64,000 bases of DNA from Pecten maximus (taxonomy: Eukaryota): positions 1 through 64,000 of the forward strand of contig NW_022983091.1 of assembly GCF_902652985.1 (NCBI RefSeq), in the 5' to 3' direction. The notes beneath the pieces are model-generated. The model had not been told where the DNA came from. It ran no database searches and saw only the letters and a list, made by a program, of their open reading frames with translations. The position numbers and the translations under genes are program-made. Below are positions 48,690 to 61,600 of the stretch, piece by piece; position 1 is the first letter of the stretch; each line of letters opens with the position of its first letter.

Positions 48690-51276
48690 TAGTACTGGAG
48701 TAGGCAGTCTATATGTGCTTGACAAGCTAACATTAAAGCGACTATTCGGGGAAGAAATAGGTCAAAGTTGAAAAAACAGCAAATTAATAAAGAAAATACT
48801 CTCTTATGAAAAATTCTGATTTAAGTTTTGGCGATATGTAACCCCTAGAATTAAAAAAAAAAAATTCAGGGAAATCCTCTCGCTGTCGAATGACGAGATA
48901 AAATGCAAATTTCCCGCAAATTTGGGCGCATGCGCAAGAATCTAGGTTTGTAGAATGTAAACATAACCGACAGAAACATGGCTTTCGAAGCCAAGAGATA
49001 TCGGCCTAAAACTGTTACGAGTTCGGCAACAGTGACGTAAACAGAAATGGTCACAGGACAACCCGGTCGTACGACTTGGGAAGCAACACACTAGGTGGGA
49101 GTCATTTAAAGAAGAAAATGGTTGCTCTACAAACGAGAATGCAGCACGGATTCTTCTGGATAAGTGGTAAGCCCGTAGCCTGCGTAGGGTCAGTTCTATT
49201 GTCGCATGTAACTCGTAAATTCCATAATTTTGTTGGCAAACAATACATAAAGTATGTTGCTTGAGCAAATAATATTGGTGTATGGCTTTAAATACAAGTT
49301 CCGTTTTGTTCCATTCTTTGAAATGTGGTGAAAATTACGATTTGTGGGGAAAAGATTGTCATTATAACTGTATAATTCTTAGCAGTACATTATTATTTTT
49401 ACATTTTTCAGGTACACTTCAGTGACACAAGAAGTTCATGCAGGTGAAGACATCTCAACACCAGTTGGAACTTCTATGGGACCGCCATCACATCTGTGCA
49501 CCCCGACACCAGTTACATCTACGACTGCACATGCCCATAAAGAACCTATAGATAGACCTGTACAAATGTCCGATGTCTCAGATATAGAGTAAGTTCTTGG
49601 ATCTAACTATGTTTGATTTATAACCTCTCAAAATATACATTGATGTATCTTAATTTTTTTATTCAGTGTTTATCATTCTGTGTTGAGGTAAACTGTAGCA
49701 GGTCACACATAAATGACATTGTAATTCCATAAATGTTTTTACAACTTATTTTAACTGTTAGACCCAGCACAATATTGTAGGTAGGGTGAGCAGTCAAACA
49801 TACTCAATTTATATTCTGTAATTATAAACATGCTTTGCTGCTGCATGTCATGAATTATACATCATTTCGGGAATATATATTTGCTTTTAAAAGAATTGTG
49901 TAATTTTTCATCATTTTAATATTTCAGAGCTCAGTCATCACACTCGTCTGATTTATCTGGTGTGGACGCATTACAATCAGACTCCGAGAGTAACATTAAT
50001 GCCAGTTTGCTTTCCCGTTACCAACAGAAGGCTAAAGAGGCTGATACCTCATTTATTGAGTAAGTTTGTTGTGTTATTTTTTATGGTGTGTTCTTGTTGC
50101 TATAATAATACATTTACTTGTATATAGTAAAGAGGTATTGGTACGCCCCATATCCCTGCAGGACATTATGTTCTGTCAACTGTCATCCTGCACACAATCT
50201 GGTTTGGTCTGTCTCCAGCACTTGTCATTGGAACTATAAACTTGGGAAACGTTACTTTTACCCAGATGAGAAGTATGTACCAAAACTAGTTAACTGTGAC
50301 CTTTATTTTGACATTAAACATATATAAAGGATTTGGCTTATGCTGACTATTACATTAATTGTCTCAAGAATTTAACTTACTTATTTGGTCTCGGCTCTAC
50401 CAAGGAGAGTATGTCTTATTGGACCTTCACTAACAAAGTCCAACATTAAGAGAAAACAAAACTTTCAAAAGCAGAATATGTTATACACACTGTTGTTTTT
50501 TACTTGTTAATTATTAAATGAGGATTTCTCTGTCAGAATCATAGTTTTGTGGGTTTGAACTCCTGCTATGGTAAAGTTTGAAATATTTATTGTATTTCCA
50601 AGAAAAATTGTTCTTTATCCAGGTGTGTTCGTGGTTATTATCTCACCTGGTAAAAAGGATCAAGGTGAACTCATGTCATACTGTCGAGTCTGTCTTTATA
50701 ACCGCTGGTACCCATTGTACAAATGGTAGGACTGAGTGACCCAACAGGGGGCTGGGGGACAGGGCCAAAAGTGGTTAATACAGGTCCTATGGCCCTCTTG
50801 CTATAAGACACTTTGCTTCCATTTGACTTTCAAAATAATGAAATCATCTGTCAAAAAGACTATTTTCATAGCTTATATTTTACTATGGATTATGACTTAT
50901 GTTTAGATGCCAATGGGTTCTGTTCACTTTTGCTTTGGATTTATTGTAGAGTTACTTTAATTGGAGAAAGTGAAGATGATGAAAATGAGGAAGAGTTGTA
51001 CAAAGAGGACCCAACATATAATCCAAGTTATAGTGAGATTGAGGAAGAGGAGGAATACAACCTAGATCTTGACATGGATTTGGAAATGTCATTATGGTAA
51101 TTTACTAAAAACTAAAACTTTTCTGTGATAAAAATCATATCTCCCCAAGTCCACTACCAGTCATCCACATTGCCTCAGTGCTTTCTAGATAAATGTTGCT
51201 GTCATATTGATTTCATTTACTGAATGAGCAACTCAGCAGCTGGTCTCTTTACTTCTAGTTCTACTTGTAATTTGTC

Positions 51277-51481
51277 CCCCTGCAGGTAGGGCGTAAGAAT
51301 TGTACCTGCTGCCCCCATTGCATGATCGTAAGAGGCGACTAAATTTGGGATCTTATCTTTTCTCTTCTTTCTGAACAACTTTCTTCTTCCTAATGTCTCC
51401 CTTGACAATGCGTCACTTTTGGCCTTTAGTTGAGCGTTCGCCCCTGTGAGGAAGGCGTTGGGCCCTGTCCCCTAGCCGAGA
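51277..51481 (+). mobile_element. Pseudoknot-headed SINE, 3'-truncated (first ~205 bp)
   Basis: Matches 2480-2685, then stops abruptly. Confidence 0.88.
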
Positions 51482-51947
51482 TGTATGAATAATGAAATAA
51501 TTGTATACTGCTAGGCAAGATATCTGTCTTGATATGAATAATAATAAAAAAATCTACTTTCAGTCAAGATGGAGAGGAATTCTACACCATGTAATAAACA
51601 GACATGAGTGGCTAGTTGGAGATGGCATGCCCCTTTGCCTGAACCAGGACCTGATGAGGAGACAAAGTGGCTTGATGCAGAAAGTGATGCCCACCAGGCA
51701 TTGGAGAAACTTGTGTATGACACACGCTTTCTTCATACACTGAAGTACTGTGTGAACTTCAGGTACTAAGCAATTTGTTGAATACTAATTGGGATTTTCT
51801 GGTTAGACATAACCGTCTTTATGTAACTTTGAAAAAAAAATAATAACAGGAAAATAGAAAGGTATAACACAATATTTCATATTAACATTGTATTTATTGA
51901 TGCACAGTTTACCAGTACAATCTGAATCAACTTAATTGTCCTTTGTA

Positions 51948-52343
51948 CTTTTGGCCTTTAGTTGAGCGTTCGCCGCTGTGAGGAAGGTTTTTGGTTCTGT
52001 CCCCTAGCCGAGACATACCAGAGTCTTTAAAAATGGTAGTTGCTACTCCTGCTTAGCGCTCAGCATATTTGGAGTGGGACGACTGGTTGGCCTGTTGTCA
52101 GTATAATGTGACCGGGTGGGGTGTGCTGCTGGGTGTCTTCGGCAGTATGCTTCAGTGAGATAGCACTTTAAATCGGCAAAAGTTCCGGCCTATCACAAGG
52201 AGACTTGACACGAACATACCGCAGCCTCCCAAAACACACATACGCACTCACCACACGCATACATGTCGCACGCACGGGAGGCCGTCCTTAAATGACCTTA
52301 GATGTTAATAGGACGTTAAACAAAATAAACCAAACCAAACCAA
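51948..52343 (+). mobile_element. Same SINE family, 5'-truncated (headless), 9-bp TSD
   Basis: TSD tcctttgta at 51939-51947 and 52344-52352; (CAAAC)n tail. Confidence 0.9.
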
Positions 52344-53647
52344 TCCTTTGTAGCAAGTGTTGCATTTATATTTTATATAGGTATTTGTGACATAACACTT
52401 TCAGTTACTTGTAATAAAACAACATGCAGCATACCATTATAGGAAATCACCACAGATGGAAGACTATTTCTAAATAGCACAAAGAAATGATTCGCTCATC
52501 ATTATATACCGGTACCCATATCTTTTCAAAGCAATTGATATTGACAAAAAAGGTACAAAAGTGTTAGTGTTTCTTAGTTTAGATGCAGTTTCAATGACTA
52601 AATAGATCAATAAGCTATGTGATTTTTCTTGTAGGCATACTGGCGAGCTCGATAATTTTCATGAAAACAATTTGATGTATGCTGCAAAGAGATTTGCTTA
52701 CAGGTACTTTTTAGCAATCATACTTTACATACATTTTATTCATTACTGATATTCTGATAATGCATTAGGTTATATAACATCAAAAGAAATAGAGTCAAAA
52801 CAGTGGAATTTTTTTCATTTCTTTCCAAGATGCATATTTTAATTTATATAACCTATATAAGAGGTCTAATGGGCCTGAATCACTCATCTGCTCCTAAAAC
52901 AACTTTTATGGTAATCTAGGTCATTTATAGACAGTCCTCTAATTAATGCTGATTACCGCTTCCTTACTATCAGAGGAAGCTAGTTAGCTTTATTCATGTA
53001 AGATCCATGGCCATGTGACCTTTATTAAAGGTCAAGGTCATACATTTGAAAAAGAAAAAAAAAACTTGGAAGCACTTCACACCAGCATGCTACAGGCCTA
53101 TTAACAAGTCCCAGGGCCTCTTGGTTATTGAGAAGAGCATATTTAAGGTAAAAAATGACGCCATCTGAATTAGAAATGTAATGGAAATATACTTTAATTG
53201 TCAATTTATTTTTCTTGTACAGCTATCCAATGTATGAGGCACGCAACCAGTTGGCAGTCATTGACTATAAAATGCACAAAGACCGTAAACATGCCAAGGA
53301 CAAATCGGGAAAGCCTATGTAAGTGATTGTTTGCAATTTCGCTATTTGATAAGAGATGTTACTAAGCCGGATATGAGATCCCCCCTCCCCCCTTTTTTCA
53401 TTTTTCTTATATGGAGTAGATCCTAGAGGCTGAGTTGGTTCAACATAACACAAATAATCTCATTATTTTTCATTGTAATTCGTGTCTTTCCATTGGCTGA
53501 AAACGTAACACGTGACGCACTATAAATAAGCTGTGTAAACTTTTACAATAATATTGTAAACCTCGCATTACCATAAATAGATGTGACGCAGCGTTCATCT
53601 TTCGGGTGCTCTCGGACTTTCTCTATTGCCGTAACGAACACCCGTGA

Positions 53648-55636
53648 ATGACCGAACGTACGTTTGTTGACACAATGGCGACTGCACGGTTTGCATCGGT
53701 TGACGGAGATGAACTAAAAGGAATTATAGACAACATAGACTCTGCGAACACGAAAAGGACGACTATGACATCTGTAAAACTGTTCAGGGAATATCTATCA
53801 GCCAAAAATTACGCCACGGACTTTGAAAATTTCACACAGGATGATTTGGACTCGAAGCTGTCAAGTTTCTATGTGGAAATGAGAAACAAGAATGGTGACA
53901 TGTATAAGAAGTCAACGCTCATTTCTTACAGGCACGGGTTGCAACGACACCTTGAAAAGTGTAGATCTGACAATATAGATATCACAAATCACAACATCTT
54001 TCGAAAATCCTCGCAGGCATTCAAAGGGATGTCTAAGGAGCTAAAACGCCAGGGACTAGCCGCTGTCAACCACCACCCACCTGTAAGCGATGGAGATTTA
54101 AAAAATCTCTATCATTACCTTCTCCGGGGCAATTTGGAAGATGCCCAACTATTGCAATATAAGGTACATGTATACAAATTTCTATAGATATGCAAAATAA
54201 AACAATGTTAAATTAAAAAGGCCATTTACATATTAGGTAACTACATTGAAAGGGGGGGGGGGGGGGGGGGTGATCAATGACAATGACCTATATGTCATAT
54301 ATCTCACTGGTTTGATCTAGGTCAAGGTAAGATACAAGTAATTAAAATATTCTACATTCAACACTGAATTTCTTAGTAAAATATAGATGGTTGATTGTGT
54401 AATATGAACTGACATGAAAAATTAAATACTCTTTTCTTCAAAAAGGTGTTTATCGACCTGATGTTGCATTTTGGGAGGCGAGGGAGAGAGAATCTTGCTA
54501 CCCTGACACGACAAGATTTTGCTGTAGGCCGAGACGATGAGGGCGCTTTGTATGTATACAAGACCACAGACGAACTGACAAAAAATCACCAGGATGATTC
54601 ACAAAAATCTTCAGATGGAAGAATGTATGAAGTTAAAGGTAAACAAATTTCCTACAACAAACAATATGTGTATGTCATGGGTGTACAAACTAATGTTTTT
54701 TTTTTTAAATATCAGATTAAGTTGTTTTTGCAATACATGTCTGTTGGAAATAAGGTAAGATTTCAATGGGACACAGACTTATAAACAAATTACGACATAA
54801 TATTTTAAAACATTTGAATTTAAATAAAGAAACAAAGTTATGAAAATTGACAGAAGAACAGGTTATGATTCAATCATGATAAAGTTTAAAGAAATATGTA
54901 CATTTTTTGTTGTTCTTTTTCAGAATCTATGGAATGTCCTGTGAGATCTTTTGTCAAGTATATAAGAAGACTCAACCCCAACTGCTCCCGTCTGTTCCAG
55001 AAGGCCAGAAAGGACCCTAAGGATCGCATTTTTTATGACAATATTCCTCTTGGACATAACAGGATTGGGTCATTTATGACAGAAATAAGTAAGGCTGCAT
55101 CACTCTCCGTGGTTTACACTAACCACTCCCTACGTGCTACCACAGTGCATGTCTTGGATAGTGCGCATATTCCTAGTAGGCACATAATGACAGTTACGGG
55201 ACATAAGTCCGAGTCATCACTAAAAACCTACTCTGGTAAGACAGATAATGCTACAAAGCGATTGATGTCTGAAACCATCAGCAAAAAATGTGAATCATCA
55301 AGATCTAAAGGTGTCCTGGTCCAAAAAACAACCAATGTAACCCATCAACAAGTAAGTGATGATCAAGAAGGATTACAGCTCACACAACTGACTAATAGTC
55401 AAACTGAAACATTCTTCAGTGATATTGGTGGTGGATTTGATGAGAATACTTTCTTGGATTTTATGGATCCCCCTCCAGCTTCATCTACCATTAGTGCACC
55501 AAATCCTCAGTCGGTTGAATCACAAAATCCTCAGACTGTGACTGCTCCTAGTGCTCTGGAAGGCATGCCTATGCCCTCATTTGCGAATTGCAGCAACTTT
55601 ACTATCAACTTTAATTTTGTTTTGCCTAAACAGTAA
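53648..55636 (+). CDS. Tyrosine recombinase (DUF3504-like), 3 exons, apparently intact
   Basis: Exons ~53648-54163, 54446-54638 and 54924-55636 with GT-AG introns; catalytic GRRGREN, TKNHQ, NHSLRAT, TGHKSESSLKTY. Confidence 0.9.
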
Positions 55637-55815
55637 TTTACAAATGTGTATCAAAATTGTTGATTTTGTTTGTGTTAAAATATTCTTGATGAAATTTATT
55701 ACTTATTAAATTTAAATTTGAAGAACTTGTTGTTATTTTTAAAAAATTATCCAAGACCACAGTTGAGGAAGTTTACAATACCATTTTATAATTTTTTTTA
55801 GAAAAATAATAAAGT

Positions 55816-55960
55816 AATTGTAGCATGTTGATTTCGGTCAACACCTGGTTTTATCGACCTGAGAAAAAAAATATCGACCGAGACCTACCTTCGGTCTCGG
55901 TCGATATTTTTTTCTCAGGTCGATAAAACCAGGTGTTGACCTCATCAACATGCTATAATT
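55816..55960. repeat. 145-bp near-perfect palindrome at the Crypton 3' end
   Basis: Arms ...gtcaacacctggttttatcgacctgagaaaa...accgagacc / ggtctcggt...; 7-nt loop at 55886-55892. Confidence 0.95.
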
Positions 55961-56754
55961 GTATATTATCTTAGATCTTATCTATATACCTTAGAGCTGT
56001 GTGGGAAATTATTTATATTTTTGTTGCGAGACAAAATATAGAAAAACGGCACAATAATGTATTTTTTTCTCCTCAGGTATGTAAGGAAGTATTCCAAAAG
56101 AAACAAAAATTGGAGTGCTGTTCCAGTAACAGAACGGAAAACATACCAACACATTCCTGACCTCCTGAGAAAGGTACTATTTGCCTAAGAACACCATGTG
56201 GGACCAATCCCATAAAGGTTTCCCTTGGAGGAAGGTGATCCAAGACTTATAAAAAGGACCTTGGCTGAGATACCCCCCCTTCCAACAAAGGAACTGGTCC
56301 TCAAGAAGAAATCCAGGTTCCAGGACTGAACTTATATCATCATATCAGAATACATTGTATACCTGGAAGTGTGAATAATGAAATTTCAAACATTTACATT
56401 ACAAAGTTATGAAACTAAATGAACAGTAGAATAATTTCCTCTACAAAGATGTTAGTACAAGAGGTCATGATCAATAGACTGCATGTTCACTGATTTACGA
56501 AATACATATTAAATCCCGAATTTGATTGATGCCTATTCATATAAGTATGTTACTGGTCAAGTGACATCACCTTGGGTCTCGTGGTTGTTGGGAAGATATC
56601 AATTATTTCGTAGTAACGATACCAGATGACAGACGAAATGCAACAGCATATACCATAAACCAGAGCAAGCTCTGTTTCTAGATTATTACTGTCGTCGAAA
56701 TGCAATAGCATATACCATAAACCAGAGCAAGCTCTTTTTCTAGATTATTACAGT

Positions 56755-57024
56755 CTATGCCAGTCGATGTGGGAGGAATCCAACGTAGGTCCCTGTCCTT
56801 GAAGGGAAAACTGTCCTTATTTTCCAAATTACACAACTTGGTATAACCCGCCTCACACCTTGTCCCAAGCGTCCATGTCGCCAAAGGGTGAAATTTCTGT
56901 AGGCACTGTGCCTCATGGCCTTGTTATTGTCCTCACCCTGTACGCCCCGTCGCCCTAGCATATCCCTGTGGTAGGCATTGCCAAGGGCTTATACCTGTGG
57001 GTCCAGGACCAGTGTCTCCATTTG
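56755..57024 (-). pseudogene. KolX His-Me-finger / P2RX7 cytoplasmic-ballast-like domain, last exon
   Basis: RHSAYRNFTLWRHGRLGQGVRRVIPSCVIWKIRTVFP...GTYVGF; acceptor at 57025; one in-frame stop. Confidence 0.82.
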
Positions 57025-57214
57025 CTGTAGGGAACAACCAACCAAATGAAAAAATATATTTTTGAAACAGCCCCTGTGTATAGAAAGTTGAGCCAAGGAT
57101 AAAATGTCTGGCAGCCACTGATTGGCCAGTATGCTATGAAGTGAGAAAATAGATATGTAGCCTGATAGGTAACTATCAATAAGAAATGTTGATATACATT
57201 TCGTAAGTCCGATT

Positions 57215-58505
57215 TGTTTTTAAACGAACATTAATGTTCGGTTATTGCCATCAAGAACTGGACTGAGAAATATGACCATATTTGGTAGCCACATTCACCA
57301 ATACGCCATCTACTGTCTGTTTCAATGAAATATGGCTGCCCCCATTGCCTTACGCTTCAAATAATTTACTGGCAAAAACATCTTCGTTTTATGTAGTAGT
57401 TTTACCGAAAATGTTGAAATGTATTCAGTAGATGTTTTCAAGATGCATACGATTTGAAAAATACATAACGCTAGCGAAAAGTGAAGACTAAATGAACCTG
57501 AACTTTGCGAATAACTCCAGGTCAAACCAATATATTTATGTATACAAATGTTTACAAATATTGCGCAGGCGCATTCGTCTCCGGATGTTTAGAAAGTTTT
57601 CCTCTTCCGTGTTCATTCCAAAACGGCTGACATTATAGCATAGGTCTGCAAATATGTCCGCGATTTACTTAAATGTGTAATATATATATTCTTGAATGTT
57701 ACATCATTATCAACTAGATGAGTATTTCTATAATTTAGAGAAAAAAATATATCAATAACGGCATACGAGACGATACATTGTATCATACTATAGGTACGAG
57801 ACGATACATTGTATCATACTATAGGTTACTGTACATGTTTGCGAGAAAGGTAGATACTAGGTGGCATTTGTGGTCAGGGTGACTGGTCGTAGCGTTAACA
57901 TTGTCATCGATTTCCATATTCCATTTTCTTTTGACGAAAACGACCAATAAATCAAATGATAATATCTTGTTGCCATGTGCACGGGATTGGTTGTTGTAGG
58001 CGATACTTGGAACGTATTTACTGTTGTAAGGGAGGTAACTGCAAGATTACGGAAATCAAACGTTAAACCAATTTGATTGGTCGATTCTTCCATGACTTTG
58101 GCAATGGGTTTACAATCGAAGTGACAGATAACTACGGCAATATTCAGATGATATCTGTGGTCGGCTGTTGTCATGTTTAAAATGAACAATTATATAGCTT
58201 GTTTTTATTTCGGCAAAGTCGAGAATATTTACTGAAACGGACCACAGGTGAAGCAGACTTGGAAATACCGAAACGAAGAAAAATGGGGCTTAATTATAAT
58301 ATAAATTGGCATTATTTACAGAGAATTGACCCACATATATGTTTTTCAATGCCTAATTGTATCATTTGAAAATTATTAGAGGTTTACGAATTTGAAATTA
58401 ATTTTTCATTTGCGAATCGCGGCCCGATTGTCGTTAGAGTTGAATTACCGAAATGGTCGATAGTGGACCCAAATCGACATTTTTACGAGAGAATGGACCC
58501 AATAT
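57215..58505 (+). repeat. Second copy of the Helitron internal segment (44292-45602)
   Basis: High identity by eye, including the acgagacgatacattgtatcatactatagg duplication. Confidence 0.93.
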
Positions 58506-58636
58506 AGGGCGAATCGCGGTGACGTCACAAAGTCACGTGATTTTGAGTGGTAGGCAACACTGGAGTACTCCAAGCTATCCGCCATTACTTGTTTACATTA
58601 TATGGGTCGATAGATGCTGAACCTATTAATGCGATT

Positions 58637-61600
58637 ATGCCGACATCTTGCTGTGTCATCGGTTGCAATAGCAGAGGGGATGCAAGGACAAAGTTGTCAT
58701 TTTACAGATTCCCAAAGAAACCCGAGAGAAAACGACTTTGGTTGGCGGCATTGAAAAGAAAAGACTGGACTCCAAACGACAGCCATCGTGTCTGCGGTCG
58801 CCATTTTATCAACGGTGTGTAATCGTTCTTCGGTAGATCAAAAATAACCATAGTTTAAGATAACTGACAATACAATATACACTCCTGTTGTTTTTGTTCT
58901 GTATGTGAAGAATGTTAATTTAAAGTTACATCATTATACGGAACATTTTGATATTTAATTTACACAGTATTTTGAGCGCCCCTATATAGGCTACTGTAAA
59001 CGATTCCCCATCATAGATCTAACACTTACCAAATAGTTCTTGGCTTGAGTCTAGTCGGTAAGCAGACGAGCTTACTTACACTAGTCTTATATTAAAATGA
59101 TTCATATGAAGGGATCAATAACGCAGATTGTTTGTTGTAACATATTGTTTTGATTTTCAATCTTTATTGTGAATTAAGTTTTTAAGAGGCCTTTTTTACA
59201 GTCATTATAGACACCTATTTCATTGAACACACACATTTCAATAAAGTCATAACTTTTTTGAAACTGTTTAGAATTTAGATACTGTAAATGTAGTTATCTC
59301 CTGTTATAAATTAGATAATAGTTGCACCTGCTTGAATATTATATGTTCATATAATTATATTGAGTATATTTTTTTCTTTGCAACTTCTATAACAAATGTT
59401 TCTTATTTCAGGTAAGAGCAATGACCCCCTTGATCCAGACTATGTCCCTTCTGTTTCTATGGGATATGAACCTTTACGGCAAGTAACACCAGGATCCAAG
59501 AGACATGTCAGACTCCACAAGAGAGAGGAAGAGATTGCCAAGAAGGAGAATACTTCCCTAGCTGCCAACATATTGCTAGAACTCTCCGCATCGGAGCCAA
59601 AGAACCAGTGTGATCCTGTTGCAGATCTAGACCCTCATGCACATTGCATCAACACAATAACTCGACTTCAGAGGCAGAATAGTCAGATGCAGCAGGAGCT
59701 TCAACGATTACAAGCTGAGAATGAGGATTTACGGGCATCAGTGGATAAGGTATCATTTGGACCAAATCTTAAAGATAATAACAGCAGGACAACTTCCTAT
59801 ACTGGGCTACCATCATATGCTTGTTTCCTGTGGTTACTGAACTATGTTGTGTCTGTTTTACCAAAGAAGCAATGTTTAGATTCTGCCAGTGTTCTGATGA
59901 TAATTTTGATGAAGTTGAGGATGAATGCATTGAACTTTGACTTGGCAGTCCGCTTTAGATGCTCAGAATCAGTCATTTCAGATGTTGTGAATAATACAAT
60001 ACCAGTTCTGGCATCGAAACTGGCATTTCTCATTCACTGGCCAGAAAAAGATGACATTATAAGAACAAGAGGCCCATGGGCCTTAACGGTCATCTGACAA
60101 ACACTTACACTTACAGCAGGGACACACACCCCAATCCAGCATTATTACCATAAATTATTTATCGCAGCCAGTTATGTTTTAGATCAAATTTGGTTTTTAT
60201 CCATTTAGCTTGTCCAGGAAGAGCAGCATCATAAAGCAAAATTTTAGCCAAGTTCCCATTTTTGGGGCATGCCCCTCTGTCCCAATGGGTCAGACAAGAC
60301 TCATTTATATCAATAAGGATTGCCTTTCCCCAAAAATTCACCAAAGTTCCCCTTTTGGGGCCCCGCCCCTCTGGCCCTAGGGGTCAAACCAGCCTCATTT
60401 ATATAAAATATGATTGTCCTCCTCCAATGATGTTTCACACCAAATTTGGTAATAATTCACTATGGGTGTTAGGAGGAATAGGATTTTATAGCAAAATTTC
60501 ATCAAAGTTCCCCTTTTGGGGCCCCGCCCCTCTGGCCCCAGGGCTCACACCAGCCTCATTTATATAAAATATGACCACCCTCCCCCAATGATGTTTCACA
60601 ACATATCTGGTTGAAATCTACTAAAGGGTTAAGGAGGAGTAGGATTTTATAGCAAAATTTCATCAAAGTTCCCCATTTGGGGCCCCATCCCTCAGGCCCC
60701 AGGGGTCACACTAGCCTCATTTATATAAAATATGACCGCCTTCCCCAAATGATGTTGCACAACATATCTGGTTGAAATCCACTAAAGGGTTAAGGAGGAG
60801 TAGGATTTTATAGCAAAATTTCATCAAAGTTCCCCTTTTGGGGCCCCGCCCCTCAGGCCCCAGGGGTCACACCAACTTCATTTATATAAAATATGACCGC
60901 CCTCCCCAAATGATGTTTCACAACATATCTGGTTGAAATCCACTAAAGGGTTAAGGAGGAGTAGGATTTTATAGCAAAATTTCATCAAAGTTCCCCTTTT
61001 GGGGCCCCGCCCCTCAGGCCCTAGTGGTCACACCAGCCTCATTTATATAAAATATGACCGCCCTCCCCAAATGATGTTTCACAACATATCTGATTGAAAT
61101 CCACTAAAGGGTTAAGGAGGAGTAGGATTTTATAGCAAAATTTCATCAAAGTTCCCCTTTTGGGGCCCCGCCCCTCAGGCCCCAGGGGTCACACCAACTT
61201 CATTTATATAAAATATGACCGCCCTCCCCCAATGATGTTTCACACCAAATTTAGTTGTAATCCACCCAAGGGTAAAGGAGGAGTAGGATTTTATAGCAAT
61301 ATTCACCTAAGTTCCCTGTTTGGGGCCCCGCCCTTCTGGCCCCAGGGGTCAGACCAGCCTCATTTATATAAAATATGATTGCCCTCCCCCAATGATGCTT
61401 CAAACCAAATTTGGAAGTAATCCACCCAAGGGTTAAGGAGGAGTAGCGTTTTGAAAGAACAAGTTTACGGACGGCGCACGGCGGACGACGACGGACGAAG
61501 CACGATGACTATAGGTCATCCTGACCCTTTGGGTCAGATGACCTTACAATGCCTGACATAGTAAGACAACATTTCAAAGGATGTTGATGCATCATAGACT

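Larger units (their letters stand above)
53455..55970 (+). mobile_element. Crypton (CryptonA-like) tyrosine-recombinase transposon inside a KolobokP intron
   Basis: YR gene, CpG-rich 5' region with ATTGG/CACGTG/TATAAA, and a long 3' hairpin; boundaries approximate. Confidence 0.8.
48977..56329 (+). pseudogene. Kolobok-type DDE transposase, multi-exon, central part deleted
   Basis: Exon 1 VRLGKQHTRWESFK...ARILLD; exons 51564-51762 (WRGILHHVINRHEW), 52635-52703 (HTGELDNFH...YAAKRFAY), 53223-53318 (YEARNQLAVIDY) and 56077-56329 (...PPLPTKELV...SRF) with consistent splice phases. Confidence 0.78.
48737..57200 (+). mobile_element. KolobokP-type DNA transposon (decayed; right end not seen)
   Basis: TTAA|AG start; TTAA-bounded 551-bp unit 48737-49287 (candidate long terminal direct repeat); spliced Kolobok transposase and convergent P2RX7-ballast-like KolX. 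Confidence 0.75.

Noticed and set aside
56755-56961. Host P2X7 receptor gene
   Set aside because: Only the ballast-like domain is present, convergent with a Kolobok transposase; no channel exons.
44292-58505. 1.3-kb direct repeats as LTRs or KolobokP terminal repeats
   Set aside because: No TG..CA, PBS/PPT or TTAA boundaries. The first copy is internal to a Helitron-like unit, and the second is cut by an ISL2EU insertion.
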